From contig OZ252279.1 of assembly GCA_965250005.1 (NCBI GenBank), positions 360,001-392,000 on the forward strand: DNA of 32,000 nt, given 5' to 3'. The notes under the pieces were generated by a model. It did not search any database. It saw only the letters and a program-made list of their open reading frames with translations, and had not been told where the DNA came from. Below are positions 19,025 to 27,574 of this stretch, one piece after another; the first letter of the stretch is position 1, and the number at the start of each line of letters is the position of its first letter. A program made the position numbers and the translations under genes. The DNA is from Demequinaceae bacterium. GTDB lineage: Bacteria > Actinomycetota > Actinomycetes > Actinomycetales > Demequinaceae.

Positions 19025-19567
19025 ATGGGAGCCGTCTACGAAGGCGTCGGGGGGCACGTCCGAGAATTCATCGAGGCGCAGCACGTCTTTTTTGTCGCGA
19101 CGGCCGACCGCGAGGGTCTGGTCAACCTTTCGCCCAAGGGTGGCGCGGGCACGCTGGTGGTCCTCGACGCCCACACGGTGGCCTACCTCGACATGACAGG
19201 CAGCGGCGTGGAGACCATCGCACACGTCCAGGCGGCGCGACGCATCACCCTCATGTGGTGCGCCTTCGATGGTCCGCCGAACATCGTCCGCGTACATGGG
19301 ACTGCGACGGTTGTTCGGCCGGGGGACTCAGACTGGGAGCGGTTGGCTTTCGGCTTTCCCGACAAGGTCGGTGCGAGGTCGATCATCGTCGTCAACGCCG
19401 AGCGAGTCTCGGACGCGTGCGGTTTCGGTGTCCCGGAAATGGCGTTCGTCAGGGACCGCGAACAGATGGACAAATGGGTTGATGGCAAGGGACCCGCGGG
19501 AATCCTGGACTATCAGGCACATAGGAACGCGTCCAGCCTCGACGGACTTCCCGGCATTACGACGTAG
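19025..19567 (+). CDS. Pyridoxamine 5'-phosphate oxidase (flavin split barrel) family protein
   Basis: FIEAQHVFFVATADREGLVNLSPKGGAGTLVVLDAHTVAYLDMTGSGVETIAHVQAARRITLMWCAFDGPPNIVRVHGTATVV. Confidence 0.88.
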   Translation: MGAVYEGVGGHVREFIEAQHVFFVATADREGLVNLSPKGGAGTLVVLDAHTVAYLDMTGSGVETIAHVQAARRITLMWCAFDGPPNIVRVHGTATVVRPGDSDWERLAFGFPDKVGARSIIVVNAERVSDACGFGVPEMAFVRDREQMDKWVDGKGPAGILDYQAHRNASSLDGLPGITT

Positions 19568-19585
19568 ACGCCGTGCGGCCGTGGG

Positions 19586-20221
19586 CTACTGGCGCTCGAG
19601 CACCCGCAGTACGGCATCAAGGCGCGTCGAGTTCACTGCGACGTCGGCCTGCTGCTGAACCACGGGCTTCGCATTGAACGCGATTCCCAGGCCGGCGGCG
19701 GCCATCATGTCAAGATCGTTTGCGCCGTCGCCAACGGCGATGGTGTTCTCGATGGGGATATCAGCGGCCGCCGCGAACTCTCTGAGTGCGGTCGCCTTGG
19801 CGGCGCGATCGATGACTGGACCTACCGTCCGCCCGGTGAGCACGCCTTTGACGATCTCCAGCGTGTTCGCGCGGAAGCGCTCGATGCCGAGCGACGCGGC
19901 AATCGGGCCGACGATTTCCACGAATCCGCCGCTCAAGAGAGCGCATATCCATCCCTCGCCGTGGAGCGTCTCCACCAGGTTCTGGGCTCCCGGCGTCAGG
20001 CGGACCTCGGCGGCTACCTCGTCGATCACCGTCGCGGGCAGTCCAGCGAGCAGAGCAACGCGCGCCTCGAGCGTGGTTCCGAAGTCGGCGGAACCCTGCA
20101 TGGCCGCGTCGGTCAAAGCGGCGACCTCCGGGAGCACGCCAGCGCGCTGGGCGAGAAGCTCGATCACTTCTGACGTGATGAGCGTGGAATCGACGTCGAG
20201 GGCGGCTAACCGCCCGGTCAT
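19586..20221 (-). CDS. serB: Phosphoserine phosphatase (HAD family)
   Basis: [22 protein letters not shown] (HAD motif I), [11 protein letters not shown] (motif II), [36 protein letters not shown] (motif IV). Confidence 0.94.
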   Translation of the reverse strand: MTGRLAALDVDSTLITSEVIELLAQRAGVLPEVAALTDAAMQGSADFGTTLEARVALLAGLPATVIDEVAAEVRLTPGAQNLVETLHGEGWICALLSGGFVEIVGPIAASLGIERFRANTLEIVKGVLTGRTVGPVIDRAAKATALREFAAAADIPIENTIAVGDGANDLDMMAAAGLGIAFNAKPVVQQQADVAVNSTRLDAVLRVLERQ

Positions 20222-21459
20222 GCCTCGATGACCGTGCCTTTGGCTACAACCGTGATGCCGGACTCGGTGATGGTGAATCCGCGCGCGCGGTCGGCCTCGA
20301 CCTCGACGCCGACTTCGGCGCCTTCGGCGAGCACGACATTCTTGTCAAGAATGGCGCGCCGCACCTTGGCGTGACGGTTGACAAGCACGTCGTCCATCAG
20401 GATCGAGTCCGTGACGGAGGACCACGAGTGCAGGCGAACGCCGGGCGCGAGGACCGAGCCAGTGACGGTTGCTCCCGAGACGATCACGCCCGGAGAGACC
20501 ACGGAGTCTGCTGCGTGCCCGAGGCGCCCTTCGGCGGAGTGCACAAACTTGGCTGGCGGCTGGGTGATGAGACCCTGGTGAAGCGGCCATTGGTGGTTGT
20601 ACACGTTGAAGATGGGTTCGACAGCGATGAGATCCATGTGAGCGTCGAAATACGAATCGATGGTTCCCACATCGCGCCAGTACGCGCGGTCGCGGTCGGT
20701 TGAGCCGGGGACCACGTTGTCCTTGAAGTCGTAGAAGCCACACGCGCCCTTGTCCACAAAGTAGGGAACGATGTCGCCACCCATGTCGTGCTTGCTCGCG
20801 TCGTTTGAGGCGTCTTTGGCCAGGGCGTCGAGGAGCGCGTCGGCGCTGGCGACGTAGTTTCCCATGGACGCCAGCACCTCGTCGGGGCTGTCGGGCAGCC
20901 CGGACGGATCTGCGGGCTTTTCGAGGAAAGCCTTGATTCGATCAGGATTGGCGGCGTCGACGTCGATGACGCCAAATTCGGATGCCATCGACTTGGGCTG
21001 GCGGATGCCTGCGACAGAGAATTCGGCGCCTGACGATATGTGCTTGTCAATCATCTGAGAGAAGTCCATGCGATAGACGTGGTCCGCGCCCACGATGATG
21101 ACGATGTCCGGCCGTTCGTCGTCGATGATGTTCTGGCACTGAAAGATCGCGTCCGCGCTGCCCAGGTACCAGTGTTTGCCAAGCCGCTGTTGCGCGGGCA
21201 CCGGCGCCACATAGTTGCCGAGCAGCGGCGACATGCGCCAGGTGCGCGCAATGTGACGGTCAAGCGAGTGCGACTTGTACTGGGTGAGCACCACCATGTG
21301 CAGATAGCCAGAGTTCGCGAGGTTCGACAGCGCGAAGTCCACGAGCCTGTACGTGCCGCCAAACGGCACTGCAGGCTTGGCGCGGGCGTCGGTGAGCGGC
21401 ATGAGCCGCTTGCCCTCACCGCCTGCAAGGACGATCGCGAGGACTTTGGGTGTGGGCAT
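20218..21459 (-). CDS. glgC: Glucose-1-phosphate adenylyltransferase (ADP-glucose pyrophosphorylase)
   Basis: [46 protein letters not shown]...[14 protein letters not shown]; C-terminal LbetaH repeats. Confidence 0.97.
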   Translation of the reverse strand: MPTPKVLAIVLAGGEGKRLMPLTDARAKPAVPFGGTYRLVDFALSNLANSGYLHMVVLTQYKSHSLDRHIARTWRMSPLLGNYVAPVPAQQRLGKHWYLGSADAIFQCQNIIDDERPDIVIIVGADHVYRMDFSQMIDKHISSGAEFSVAGIRQPKSMASEFGVIDVDAANPDRIKAFLEKPADPSGLPDSPDEVLASMGNYVASADALLDALAKDASNDASKHDMGGDIVPYFVDKGACGFYDFKDNVVPGSTDRDRAYWRDVGTIDSYFDAHMDLIAVEPIFNVYNHQWPLHQGLITQPPAKFVHSAEGRLGHAADSVVSPGVIVSGATVTGSVLAPGVRLHSWSSVTDSILMDDVLVNRHAKVRRAILDKNVVLAEGAEVGVEVEADRARGFTITESGITVVAKGTVIEA

Positions 21460-21540
21460 AAAGCCAGCCTACTGGAGTCCGCAACGCACAAGCCGGAAGA
21501 TCGGACCTCTCTGGTCATCTGTCGCGATAGCGTGGACCTC

Positions 21541-22746
21541 ATGCGCGCAGACCTGCTGACCCGTGAATATCCACCCCACGTCTATGGCGGCGCAGGTGTC
21601 CACGTCGACGAGCTTGCCAGGGTTCTTCGCGAGCGGATCGACGTGCGAGTGCGGTGCTTTGACGGTCCGCGCGACGCGGCTGGGGTCACAGGGTACGACG
21701 CGGGGGTGGCCGCCACAGGCGATGCTGCCTTGGACGTGATATCGACGAACATCCCGATGGCTAGCGACTGCGCGGGGGCGGATCTGGTGCACTCGCACAC
21801 GTGGTACGCGAACATGGCGGGCCACTTGGCTTCACTCCAGCATGGCGTCCCGCACATCATGAGCGCCCACTCGCTCGAGCCGATGCGGCCGTGGAAGGCC
21901 GAACAGTTGGGCGGCGGGTACAAGATTTCCTCGTGGATCGAGAAGACGGCGTACGAGGCCGCGGCGGGAATCATCGCGGTTAGTGCAGGAATGCGGGAGG
22001 ACGTGCTGCGTTCCTACCCGGACGTGGACCCTGCGCGCGTGCGAGTGGTGCACAACGGCATCGACATCGAGGGCTGGGCGGCGCCGAGTGATGACGCGCG
22101 AGCCCTCGCTGATGCCACCGTCAAGTCCTACGGGATTGATCCCGAGCGCCCCGCTATCGTGTTCGTGGGTCGCATCACGCGACAGAAAGGCTTGCCGTAC
22201 TTCTTGCAGGCGGTCGAGCAACTTCCCGGCGACGTGCAAGTGGTTCTGTGCGCGGGGGCCCCGGATACCGACGAGATCGCCGCGGAGGTCTCCGGCGCGG
22301 TAGCGGCACTGCAGAAGCGTCGCGACGGAATCGTCTGGATCGACAAGATGCTGCCGCGCGCTGAATTGGTTGCCGTGCTGGACGCGTGCACCACGTTTGT
22401 GTGCCCGTCGGTTTACGAGCCGCTCGGCATCGTCAACCTCGAGGCTATGGCGGTTGGTCTTCCCGTAGTGGCCACCGCGACAGGTGGGATTCCGGAAGTC
22501 GTGGACGACGGCGTGACCGGATCGCTGGTCGCGATCGATCAGGCCAAGGACGGCACGGGGACGCCGCTGAACCCCGAGGCGTTCGTCGCGGATCTCGCGG
22601 GCGCGCTGACCGACATGGTCGCGGATCCTGACGCCGCACGCTCGATGGGAGCGGCGGGCCGCGAGCGGGCGCGCGACCACTTCTCGTGGGGCGCGATAGC
22701 GGATCAGACGGTTGCCGTCTACGACGCTGTGCTGGTGTCGTCGTAG
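21541..22746 (+). CDS. glgA: GT4 glycogen synthase family glycosyltransferase (GlgA-annotated family; actinobacterial GlgM-like)
   Basis: MRADLLTREYPPHVYGGAGVHVDELARVL...HSHTWYANMAGHLA...FVGRITRQKGLPYFLQA...CPSVYEPLGIVNLEAMAVGLPVVATATGGIPEVV. Divergent from glgC. Confidence 0.93.
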   Translation: MRADLLTREYPPHVYGGAGVHVDELARVLRERIDVRVRCFDGPRDAAGVTGYDAGVAATGDAALDVISTNIPMASDCAGADLVHSHTWYANMAGHLASLQHGVPHIMSAHSLEPMRPWKAEQLGGGYKISSWIEKTAYEAAAGIIAVSAGMREDVLRSYPDVDPARVRVVHNGIDIEGWAAPSDDARALADATVKSYGIDPERPAIVFVGRITRQKGLPYFLQAVEQLPGDVQVVLCAGAPDTDEIAAEVSGAVAALQKRRDGIVWIDKMLPRAELVAVLDACTTFVCPSVYEPLGIVNLEAMAVGLPVVATATGGIPEVVDDGVTGSLVAIDQAKDGTGTPLNPEAFVADLAGALTDMVADPDAARSMGAAGRERARDHFSWGAIADQTVAVYDAVLVSS

Positions 22747-22785
22747 CCGCATGAGGCGCGTCGGCGAGCGGCTAGGCTCGGTCCT

Positions 22786-23577
22786 ATGACAGAAGTGTTG
22801 CGTGTAGCGGGGGCGTCGCTACAGCGGGGAGACAACCTCGTCCTGCGCGAGGTCGACTGGACCGTCAACGCTGGCGAGCGCTGGGTTGTGCTTGGGCCCA
22901 ACGGTGCAGGCAAGACCACGCTGCTGACCTTGGTTTCCGCGCGGCTCAATGCGTCGTCGGGCACCGTCGCGATCCTTGGCGAAACGGTTGGCGATTCCAA
23001 CGTGCTTGAGTTGCGCAGCCGGGTCGGCCTATCTTCGGACGCGCTCGCCGCGCGGATCGCCAGCGAAGAGCTCGTGCGGGACGTCGTCTTGACGGCCGCC
23101 CACGGCACCACCTCGCGGCAGCAAGAGCCCTATGAACATGCGGACCTTGAGCGCGCAGGCGACCTGCTTGCCGCATTCGGCATCCAGGACTTCGCCGCGC
23201 GCGAGTTTGGCACGCTCAGCGAGGGCGAGCGCAAGCGAGTTCAGCTTGCGCGCTCCCTGATGACCGATCCGGAGCTCCTTCTGCTGGATGAGCCAGGAGC
23301 GGGACTGGACCTTGCTGGCCGCGAGGAGCTGATCGAGGCACTGACCGAGCTCGCGGGCGATCCGGAGGCTCCGGTCATGATTCTTGTCACTCATCACGTC
23401 GAGGAAATTCCGCGCGGGTTTACGCACGCTCTGTTGATGCGAGACGGTGCCGTCGCTGCGGCTGGACCGCTCGTGGAGGTGCTGAACGAGCGCAATCTTG
23501 CGGCCATTTACGGAGTGTCGCTGACGCTGGACCACAGCGACGGCCGTTGGACGGCGCGAAAGGCGCGGAAGCCATAG
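22786..23577 (+). CDS. ABC transporter ATP-binding protein (YlmA-like)
   Basis: Walker A GPNGAGKTTLL, signature TLSEGERKRVQLAR, Walker B ELLLLDEPGAGLD, ILVTHHVEEIPRGFTHALLM. Confidence 0.92.
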   Translation: MTEVLRVAGASLQRGDNLVLREVDWTVNAGERWVVLGPNGAGKTTLLTLVSARLNASSGTVAILGETVGDSNVLELRSRVGLSSDALAARIASEELVRDVVLTAAHGTTSRQQEPYEHADLERAGDLLAAFGIQDFAAREFGTLSEGERKRVQLARSLMTDPELLLLDEPGAGLDLAGREELIEALTELAGDPEAPVMILVTHHVEEIPRGFTHALLMRDGAVAAAGPLVEVLNERNLAAIYGVSLTLDHSDGRWTARKARKP

Positions 23578-23613
23578 GATGAGGCAGGCCCTGCATTAAC
23601 TAGGAGGTTGCAC

Positions 23614-24042
23614 ATGCAGTCGATGTGGTGGTTCGTTGTTGCGCTGATCCTGGGTGTGGCAGAGATCTTCACGCTGGACCTAACGCTGTTGATGCTCGCC
23701 GGTGGTGCGCTCGCGGGTGGGGGTGCAGCCCTCATGGGGGCGGAAGTTGGGCTGGCGGCAGTCGTCGCGCTCGTGGTCTCCGGACTGCTGTTGTTCGCGC
23801 TGCGTCCGTTTTTGCTGCGCTCGCTACTCGCGCGCCGGCCTCTTGAGGAGACCAACGCCGCGGCACTCGTGGGCAAGGAAGCGAAGACCCTCACCAAGAT
23901 TACGGAAGACAAGGGCCGCATCAAACTCTCCGGAGAAGTCTGGAGCGCACGCACCGAAAACGACGCGGAAGAGCTCGCCGAAGGCGTAGAAGTTGTGGTG
24001 CTCAAGATTGCGGGCGCTAACGCGATTGTCGCCGCAAAGTAG
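23614..24042 (+). CDS. NfeD family membrane protein
   Basis: MQSMWWFVVALILGVAEIFTLDLTLLMLAGGALAGGG; C-terminal OB-fold-like VGKEAKTLTKITEDKGRIKLSGEVWSARTE. Directly upstream of the SPFH gene. Confidence 0.9.
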   Translation: MQSMWWFVVALILGVAEIFTLDLTLLMLAGGALAGGGAALMGAEVGLAAVVALVVSGLLLFALRPFLLRSLLARRPLEETNAAALVGKEAKTLTKITEDKGRIKLSGEVWSARTENDAEELAEGVEVVVLKIAGANAIVAAK

Positions 24043-24106
24043 TTGCGCGCGCCAAGGTTTCCCTGCATCCAAAAAGACCAGAAGTACCTAACTAGGGGAG
24101 TAGGAC

Positions 24107-25168
24107 ATGGATAACTTCGTTCAAATTGCCGTGATTGCGGTCGCGGGAATCTTCGTGATCAGCACCATCGCGCGAGCCATCAAGATCGTGCCGCAGGCGT
24201 CGGCGTTTATTGTTGAGCGCCTTGGTCGGTACGACCGAACCATGCGTGCGGGTCTGCACCTCGTGGTGCCGTTCATCGATAAGGTTCGCGCGGGCGTTGA
24301 CCTTCGCGAACAGGTCGTGTCATTCCCGCCGCAGTCGGTGATTACGTCAGACAACCTGGTGGTGGAGATCGACACGGTCATCTACTTCCAGGTGACGGAG
24401 CCTAAGTCCGCCGTGTACGAGATCGCGAACTACATCAATGGAGTCGAGCAACTTACGGTGACCACGCTTCGTAACGTGGTCGGAACTATGGACCTTGAAC
24501 AGACGCTGACGTCGCGCGACCAGATCAACGGGCAGCTGCGCGGCGTGCTTGACGAGGCGACCGGCAAGTGGGGCCTACGCGTCAACCGCGTCGAGCTCAA
24601 GACCATCGAACCGCCCGTGTCCATCAAGGACTCGATGGAGAAGCAGATGCGCGCTGAGCGGGACCGTCGAGCGACCATCCTCCACGCTGAGGGAGTCAAG
24701 CAGTCCGCGATCCTCACTGCCGAAGGTAACAAGCAGTCCGCGATCCTCACAGCAGAGGGTCAGGCGCAGTCCGCCATCCTCCGCGCTGAGGGTGAAGCCA
24801 GCGCCATTCTGCAGGTGTTCGATGCTATCCACGAGGGCGACGCCGATAGCAAGCTGCTCGCGTATCAGTACCTGCAGATGCTGCCGGAGATCGCCAACAG
24901 CAAGTCGAGCAAGGTGTGGTTCGTTCCCACCGAGTTCACGGGCGCGCTCAAGGCAATCTCCGCCGGCTTTGGCCAGGTCGAAGACCCGAAGGTGCTAAAG
25001 AAGGCGCCTGCTCGCAAATCCACGACCAAGCGTACGTCGGCTCTGGGTGACCCGGCGAAGGCTCTTGCGGCAGCTAAGGCCGAAGTCGAATTGGCCACTA
25101 AGGACGCTACGGGAGCGGGATCGGCGAGTGGGCAAATACTCGACCCGGAGGTCGAGAAGGGCCAGTAG
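24107..25168 (+). CDS. SPFH domain-containing (band 7/paraslipin-like) protein
   Basis: IKIVPQASAFIVERLGRYDRTMRAGLHLVVPFIDKV...LREQVVSFPPQSVITSDNLVVEIDTVIYFQVT...LRNVVGTMDLEQTLTSRDQIN. Confidence 0.95.
   Translation: MDNFVQIAVIAVAGIFVISTIARAIKIVPQASAFIVERLGRYDRTMRAGLHLVVPFIDKVRAGVDLREQVVSFPPQSVITSDNLVVEIDTVIYFQVTEPKSAVYEIANYINGVEQLTVTTLRNVVGTMDLEQTLTSRDQINGQLRGVLDEATGKWGLRVNRVELKTIEPPVSIKDSMEKQMRAERDRRATILHAEGVKQSAILTAEGNKQSAILTAEGQAQSAILRAEGEASAILQVFDAIHEGDADSKLLAYQYLQMLPEIANSKSSKVWFVPTEFTGALKAISAGFGQVEDPKVLKKAPARKSTTKRTSALGDPAKALAAAKAEVELATKDATGAGSASGQILDPEVEKGQ
24674..24805 (+). repeat. Four imperfect 33-bp tandem repeats in the SPFH gene encoding 11-aa units (A/T-IL-x-AEG-xxxx)
   Basis: TILHAEGVKQS / AILTAEGNKQS / AILTAEGQAQS / AILRAEGEASA. 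Confidence 0.85.
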
Positions 25169-25238
25169 TGCGACATGTCACCTTGGCGATGCCCCGGACC
25201 CGATTGGGTGTGGGGCATCGTTTCGTTCGGGAGGCCTT

Positions 25239-25715
25239 GTGATCGTTCCAAGCCCGCGGGTGTTGGCCCACGCAGTTGCCGGGTCACAATCGCTCTTCGC
25301 GCGCCTCTACGGGGTTAAGTGGCATGCCCAGATGCTGCACTCCTGGGTAAAAGGCTTGGGTCTGCGCGAGTCTGCGCGCATAGTCGAGGTCGGGACCGCC
25401 GGAAGTGACTTGGCCGCTTGGCTCATGGACAGTGGGCGCGAGCCAAGCGGCGTGGACCTGTCGTCGGGCGCGGTCGCTGCCGCGACGAAGCGATTTCCAC
25501 AGGCGAGTTACGTCGTTGCGGACGCCCTGGACCTGCCCTTCGACACCGACGGGGCGGATGCCGTTTTGGGCGCCTCACTCATCAATTTGGTGCCTGATCG
25601 GGTGGCCGCGTTCGCGGAGTTCGTCCGCGCTACGGTTGCTGGACTCGCCAACGTGAAGATGGGAACGGAACTGGGTGGAATGGCCGCGACGGTGACAGGT
25701 ACCGTGGCGACGTGA
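25239..25715 (+). CDS. Short class I SAM-dependent methyltransferase-like protein
   Basis: GTG start after GGAGG; ARIVEVGTAGSDLAAWLMDSGREPSGVDLSSGAVAAATKRFPQASYVVADALDLPFDTDGADAVLGASLINLVPDR matches motif I through motif IV. 158 aa, so it may be truncated. Confidence 0.7.
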   Translation: MIVPSPRVLAHAVAGSQSLFARLYGVKWHAQMLHSWVKGLGLRESARIVEVGTAGSDLAAWLMDSGREPSGVDLSSGAVAAATKRFPQASYVVADALDLPFDTDGADAVLGASLINLVPDRVAAFAEFVRATVAGLANVKMGTELGGMAATVTGTVAT

Positions 25716-26512
25716 CCATCGAACGCATCAGTGATGCGAGCCACCCGGCGCTCGAGGACTTTCAGCGCCTGACTGATGTGGTGCTGCGCAGCAAGTTCGA
25801 GCCTGAGCGCGGACTGTACATCGCCGAGGGTGCCAAGGTGATCGGGCGTGCCATCGAGGTGGGGCACGAACCACGCTCGTTCCTGGTATCCGAGAAGCGT
25901 CTTAGGACGCTCGCCGACGCGACTGGGGCTTGGCCAGAGGTTCCTGTCCTAGTGGGCTCAGAGGGGCTTCTGGAGGCCATCTCTGGCTTCCACGTGCATC
26001 GCGGGGCACTCGCGGCCATGCACCGGCCCCAGCCCCCGGCAGTCGGGGAGTTGCTCGCGGGCGCACGCCGGATCGCCGTCATCGAGGACGTCATGAACCA
26101 CACGAACATCGGCGCAATCTTTCGCTCGGCCGCGGCGATGGGCGTCGACGCGGTCCTCATCAGCCCGAGCTGCGCGGACCCGCTCTACCGGCGCAGCGTT
26201 CGCGTCTCGATGGGTACCGTCTTCCAGGTGCCGTGGGCGCGGCTCGACGCTTGGCCGGGAGGTCTGGCGGAACTCAGATCCGCTGGCTTCACCATCGCGG
26301 CTCTCGCTCTGACGGACGATGCCGTGGACCTGGACGCAATTGAGTCAGCGCCGCCGGACAAGCTCGCGTGGCTGCTCGGGACCGAGGGCGACGGGCTGAC
26401 GTCGGGCGCCTTGCGGGACGCCGACCTCACGGTGAAGATCCCGATGGCGGATGGCGTCGACTCGCTGAACGTGGCCGCGGCCAGCGCCGTCGCGTTCTGG
26501 GCTAGTCGCTGA
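25712..26512 (+). CDS. TrmH/SpoU family RNA 2'-O-methyltransferase
   Basis: FLVSEKRL..., VIEDVMNHTNIGAIFRSAAAMGVDAVLISPSCADPLYRRSVRVSMGTVFQVPW...LLGTEGDGLTSGALRDADLTVKIPMADGVDSLNVAAASAVAFW. Confidence 0.95.
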   Translation: MTIERISDASHPALEDFQRLTDVVLRSKFEPERGLYIAEGAKVIGRAIEVGHEPRSFLVSEKRLRTLADATGAWPEVPVLVGSEGLLEAISGFHVHRGALAAMHRPQPPAVGELLAGARRIAVIEDVMNHTNIGAIFRSAAAMGVDAVLISPSCADPLYRRSVRVSMGTVFQVPWARLDAWPGGLAELRSAGFTIAALALTDDAVDLDAIESAPPDKLAWLLGTEGDGLTSGALRDADLTVKIPMADGVDSLNVAAASAVAFWASR

Positions 26513-26729
26513 GCCTGAACTAAGGGCTGTCGGCTCCAAGAGGCATCTGGGCGCGCGCGGCTGCATCGGTGTTTTTGGGGCCGGGCGCGAGCCCTGAGGG
26601 TCGCAGGGTGTGGCCTCTGTCGGTGACGAACGAGGCGTTCACGTAGTTGTTGTGGGCGAGCCCTAGTGCGGCGCGGACGCCAGGTGCGCGATTTTTCATG
26701 GTGGCGGGCGTCGGCCCCACGTGAGAGAA

Positions 26730-26745
26730 TCGAACATACGTTCGA
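26730..26745. promoter_or_regulatory. LexA/SOS box (actinobacterial TCGAAC-N4-GTTCGA type)
   Basis: TCGAACATACGTTCGA, perfect consensus half-sites with flanking A/T, 34 bp upstream of the imuA ATG. Confidence 0.93.
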
Positions 26746-26779
26746 ATACTCGACATGAGTCCCAACCGCAAGGGAAGCC

Positions 26780-27574
26780 ATGACAGCCACCGTTCCCGGC
26801 AGCGATGCACCGTATCGCGACGCCGCTCCCGACCGCTTGGAACGCGCCCGCACACTGCTCGCGGGGGCAGAGGCTCGACTGGGCGTGGTGCGGGACTTCA
26901 CGGTGCTTCCCGGTGGCGCACGGGGGGCGTCACCGGGCCTCGCAGGCGTCCCGCCCGCCCGGGTGCTCCCCGTGGCCGATGCGGTGGCAGGCCTGGTGCC
27001 GGGCGGCGCTCTCAGGCGCGGCACGGTGGTGGCAGTGGAGGGATCGACCTCGTTGTTGCTCGAGCTGGTAGCGCGCGCGTCCCAACAGGGATCGTGGGCG
27101 GCGATCATCGGCATGCCGCAAGTGGGAGTGGTTGCCGCCGCCCGCCGGGGCATAGAGCTAGCGCGCCTCGCACTGGTGCCTCACCCCGGGGTGGAGGCGG
27201 CGACGGCCGCGGGGGCGTGCATCGACGGCATGGACATTGTCGCGCTGGGTCCACGGCTTGCGCTCTCGGACGCGGACCGGCGCAGGCTCGTGGCGCGGGC
27301 GCGCGAACGTGGGACCGTGTTGCTCAGCGCGGGCGCGTGGACGGGCGCGCACGTGTCTTTGCGAGTGCAGTCCAGCTCGTGGCAGGGGCTCGGGGTGGGG
27401 GACGGGAGGCTACGTTCGCACACCCTCACGGTCGCGCGCTCGGGCCGCCATCTGGGAGGGACAGACCAGATGGAGGTTGATCTTGACGTTGACCCCGGCC
27501 TGTCGCGCACATCCGCGGGCGTGCGTTACCCGGGTCGTGCGCGTCAAGCAGAACGTGTCGCGAGGCTTGCGTGA
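26780..27574 (+). CDS. imuA: ImuA'-type mutagenesis protein (RecA-like fold accessory factor)
   Basis: VAGLVPGGALRRGTVVAVEGSTSLLLELVARASQQGSWAAIIGMPQVGVVAAARRGIELARLALVPHPG. Positioned upstream of imuB and dnaE2. Confidence 0.85.
   Translation: MTATVPGSDAPYRDAAPDRLERARTLLAGAEARLGVVRDFTVLPGGARGASPGLAGVPPARVLPVADAVAGLVPGGALRRGTVVAVEGSTSLLLELVARASQQGSWAAIIGMPQVGVVAAARRGIELARLALVPHPGVEAATAAGACIDGMDIVALGPRLALSDADRRRLVARARERGTVLLSAGAWTGAHVSLRVQSSSWQGLGVGDGRLRSHTLTVARSGRHLGGTDQMEVDLDVDPGLSRTSAGVRYPGRARQAERVARLA

Noticed and set aside
18871-19482. 203-aa plus-strand ORF
   Set aside because: Its first part is the 3' section of the broken glycoside hydrolase. After about 19020 it reads out of frame through the PPOX-family gene, so it is not an independent gene.
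26185-27153. 322-aa minus-strand ORF spanning the TrmH-imuA gap
   Set aside because: Overlaps two well-supported plus-strand genes and is Ser/Arg/Ala low complexity. It was not taken as an SOS-divergent gene; only the separate 59-codon ORF was kept as a question.
26755-27480. 241-aa plus-strand ORF starting MSPNRKGSHDSHRSRQRC, closer to the LexA box than imuA
   Set aside because: A +1 frame shadow of imuA, extremely Arg/Gly-rich. The imuA frame from 26780 carries the recognisable protein.
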